DNA of 64,000 nt, from IMG/VR virus record IMGVR_UViG_3300047560_001287, positions 1 to 64,000 of that record. One strand, written 5' to 3'. Made by a program: the position numbers and the translations under genes. This document shows, piece by piece, positions 63,181 through 64,000 of the stretch. How positions within the stretch are numbered: position 1 is the stretch's first letter; each line of letters opens with the position of its first letter. The stretch is from a virus (taxonomy: Duplodnaviria > Heunggongvirae > Uroviricota > Caudoviricetes). A model generated the notes under the pieces. The model saw nothing but the letters and a program-made list of their open reading frames with translations, was not told the DNA's origin and did not search any database.

Positions 63181-64000
63181 ATGGCAATTTCTGGGCAAGA
63201 ATTAATTAGAATTGGCTTACCAAACGAATCCGCAAACAGTGATTCGTTGTATGTAGCATTTGCTAAGACAAAAAACAACTTTTCAACGCTTTTCAGCACA
63301 GCCAGTCCATTCGTTACATTTACTGGTAATACTGGTATTTCAACATCATCAAATGCTGTAGCGGGAACAGTTGATATAACAAACACCGGTGTAACTAGCA
63401 TCATAGCTGGTACTGGTATCATTGTTGACCAAGCTAACGGAAACGTTACAATTTCAAGTACAGGTGGTGGTAATGGTAGCGGTGGCACAGTTACTAGTGT
63501 AGGCGTGTTATCAGGTACATTAACAGTATCTGGATCTCCTATTGTTAGTGCAGGGAATATAACACTCAACTTACCAGCAATTGCTAACGTACAGGGTTCA
63601 TATTCATACCCAAGCATCACTGTTGATGGATATGGTAGAATCACTAATATTGCAAATGGTGCAACATTAGGTACAGTCACTAGCGTGGGCGTGACTACTA
63701 GTGGCCCTGGACTACAGATTTCAGGAAGCCCTATCACTGGCAACGGTAATATTAATATTATTAACACTGGTGTTACTAGATTGAATGCTGGATCTGGTAT
63801 CAGTTTAAGTTCAAGTAACGGTAACATCACTGTTTCTACAGTTACGTTAGGTGGAACCGTAACTAGTATCGGAATATCTAGTTCAACATTAAACGTCACA
63901 AATAGCCCAATCACAACAACTGGTACAATCAGTGTTGAAATCCCAACAAACCCAACGTTGCCTGGCAACGTTACAATAGGTAATTTAACTGTTACTGGTA
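63181..64000 (+). CDS. tail fibre protein, 5' part (continues beyond window)
   Basis: Open + frame with no stop to the window end. Repeated GTVTSVGV...SGSPI...GNI modules and ITVDGYGRIT typical of phage fibres. The - strand ORF 63174-63968 is its antisense artefact. Confidence 0.7.
   Translation, partial: MAISGQELIRIGLPNESANSDSLYVAFAKTKNNFSTLFSTASPFVTFTGNTGISTSSNAVAGTVDITNTGVTSIIAGTGIIVDQANGNVTISSTGGGNGSGGTVTSVGVLSGTLTVSGSPIVSAGNITLNLPAIANVQGSYSYPSITVDGYGRITNIANGATLGTVTSVGVTTSGPGLQISGSPITGNGNINIINTGVTRLNAGSGISLSSSNGNITVSTVTLGGTVTSIGISSSTLNVTNSPITTTGTISVEIPTNPTLPGNVTIGNLTVTG

Noticed and set aside
63174-63968. 264-aa ORF on the minus strand
   Set aside because: Antisense of the repeat-rich tail-fibre gene. 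The + frame gives a coherent fibre repeat protein with an RBS and runs open to the window end.
1-64000. CRISPR arrays, tRNA/rRNA genes, transposases/integrases
   Set aside because: No regularly spaced direct repeats, no rRNA-like conserved stretches and no transposase/integrase motifs found by eye. tRNAs cannot be excluded without tRNAscan-SE, but no intergenic gap of 70 nt or more shows a GTTCRANYC T-loop with matching acceptor stem.

Overview
This window reads as a densely packed stretch of a large, AT-rich virulent-phage genome (probably a myovirus of a Gram-negative host), not a bacterial chromosome. Genes are short and tightly packed, with very many ATGA/TAATG start-stop overlaps, and most lie on the + strand. 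Four short blocks lie on the - strand (11668-15819, 22648-23130, 41573-42585, 53179-56109). I found no tRNA, rRNA, CRISPR array or transposase by eye.

Recognisable content:
- 7-deazaguanine/preQ0-branch genes: folE, a QueD-like T-fold enzyme, queE and a YhhQ-type precursor transporter. These are interleaved with sugar-activation and glycosyltransferase genes: an HldE-domain-II-like nucleotidyltransferase fused to a type-II PMI cupin, a TagD-like cytidylyltransferase, two GT-B glycosyltransferases, an epimerase and a short-chain dehydrogenase/reductase (SDR).
- A - strand block with a protein-kinase-like ORF, a radical-SAM enzyme whose SPASM-like cysteine domain is N-terminal, an Fe/Mn superoxide dismutase and a 524-aa unknown.
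- DNA repair and replication accessories: UvdE, a FEN/5'-3' exonuclease, an ATP-dependent DNA ligase, dCMP deaminase and an NT5C-like deoxynucleotidase.
- A proteostasis/translation island: ClpX, ribosomal protein S21, Hsp20/IbpA, ClpS and ClpP. Elsewhere in the window sit IF-1, an A-type Fe-S carrier (ErpA), a 7Fe FdxA-type ferredoxin and a membrane fatty-acid desaturase.
- Envelope-directed proteins: three predicted lipoproteins, an S11 D-Ala-D-Ala carboxypeptidase/PBP and an SPFH/band-7 protein.
- The 5' end of a repeat-rich tail-fibre gene at the window edge.

The most unusual features:
- An eight-member paralogous family of about 250-aa proteins (32258-35957, 56204-59802, 26439-27065). 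By motif order they look sulfotransferase-fold: an N-terminal Gly-rich P-loop-like strand-loop-helix and a C-terminal YxDL..DP..L..L..G motif. They are clustered with two SGNH-like paralogs, a desaturase and a deoxynucleotidase next to the tail fibre.
- The deazapurine plus nucleotide-sugar hybrid locus described above.
- A family of near-identical sigma70-consensus promoter-leader cassettes, TTGACAATAAATCRTTTYGGGYATATAAT. In each tandem copy the upstream gene's TGA stop is embedded in the -35 box.

All functional calls rest on motif recognition in the translated ORFs. No database search was possible.
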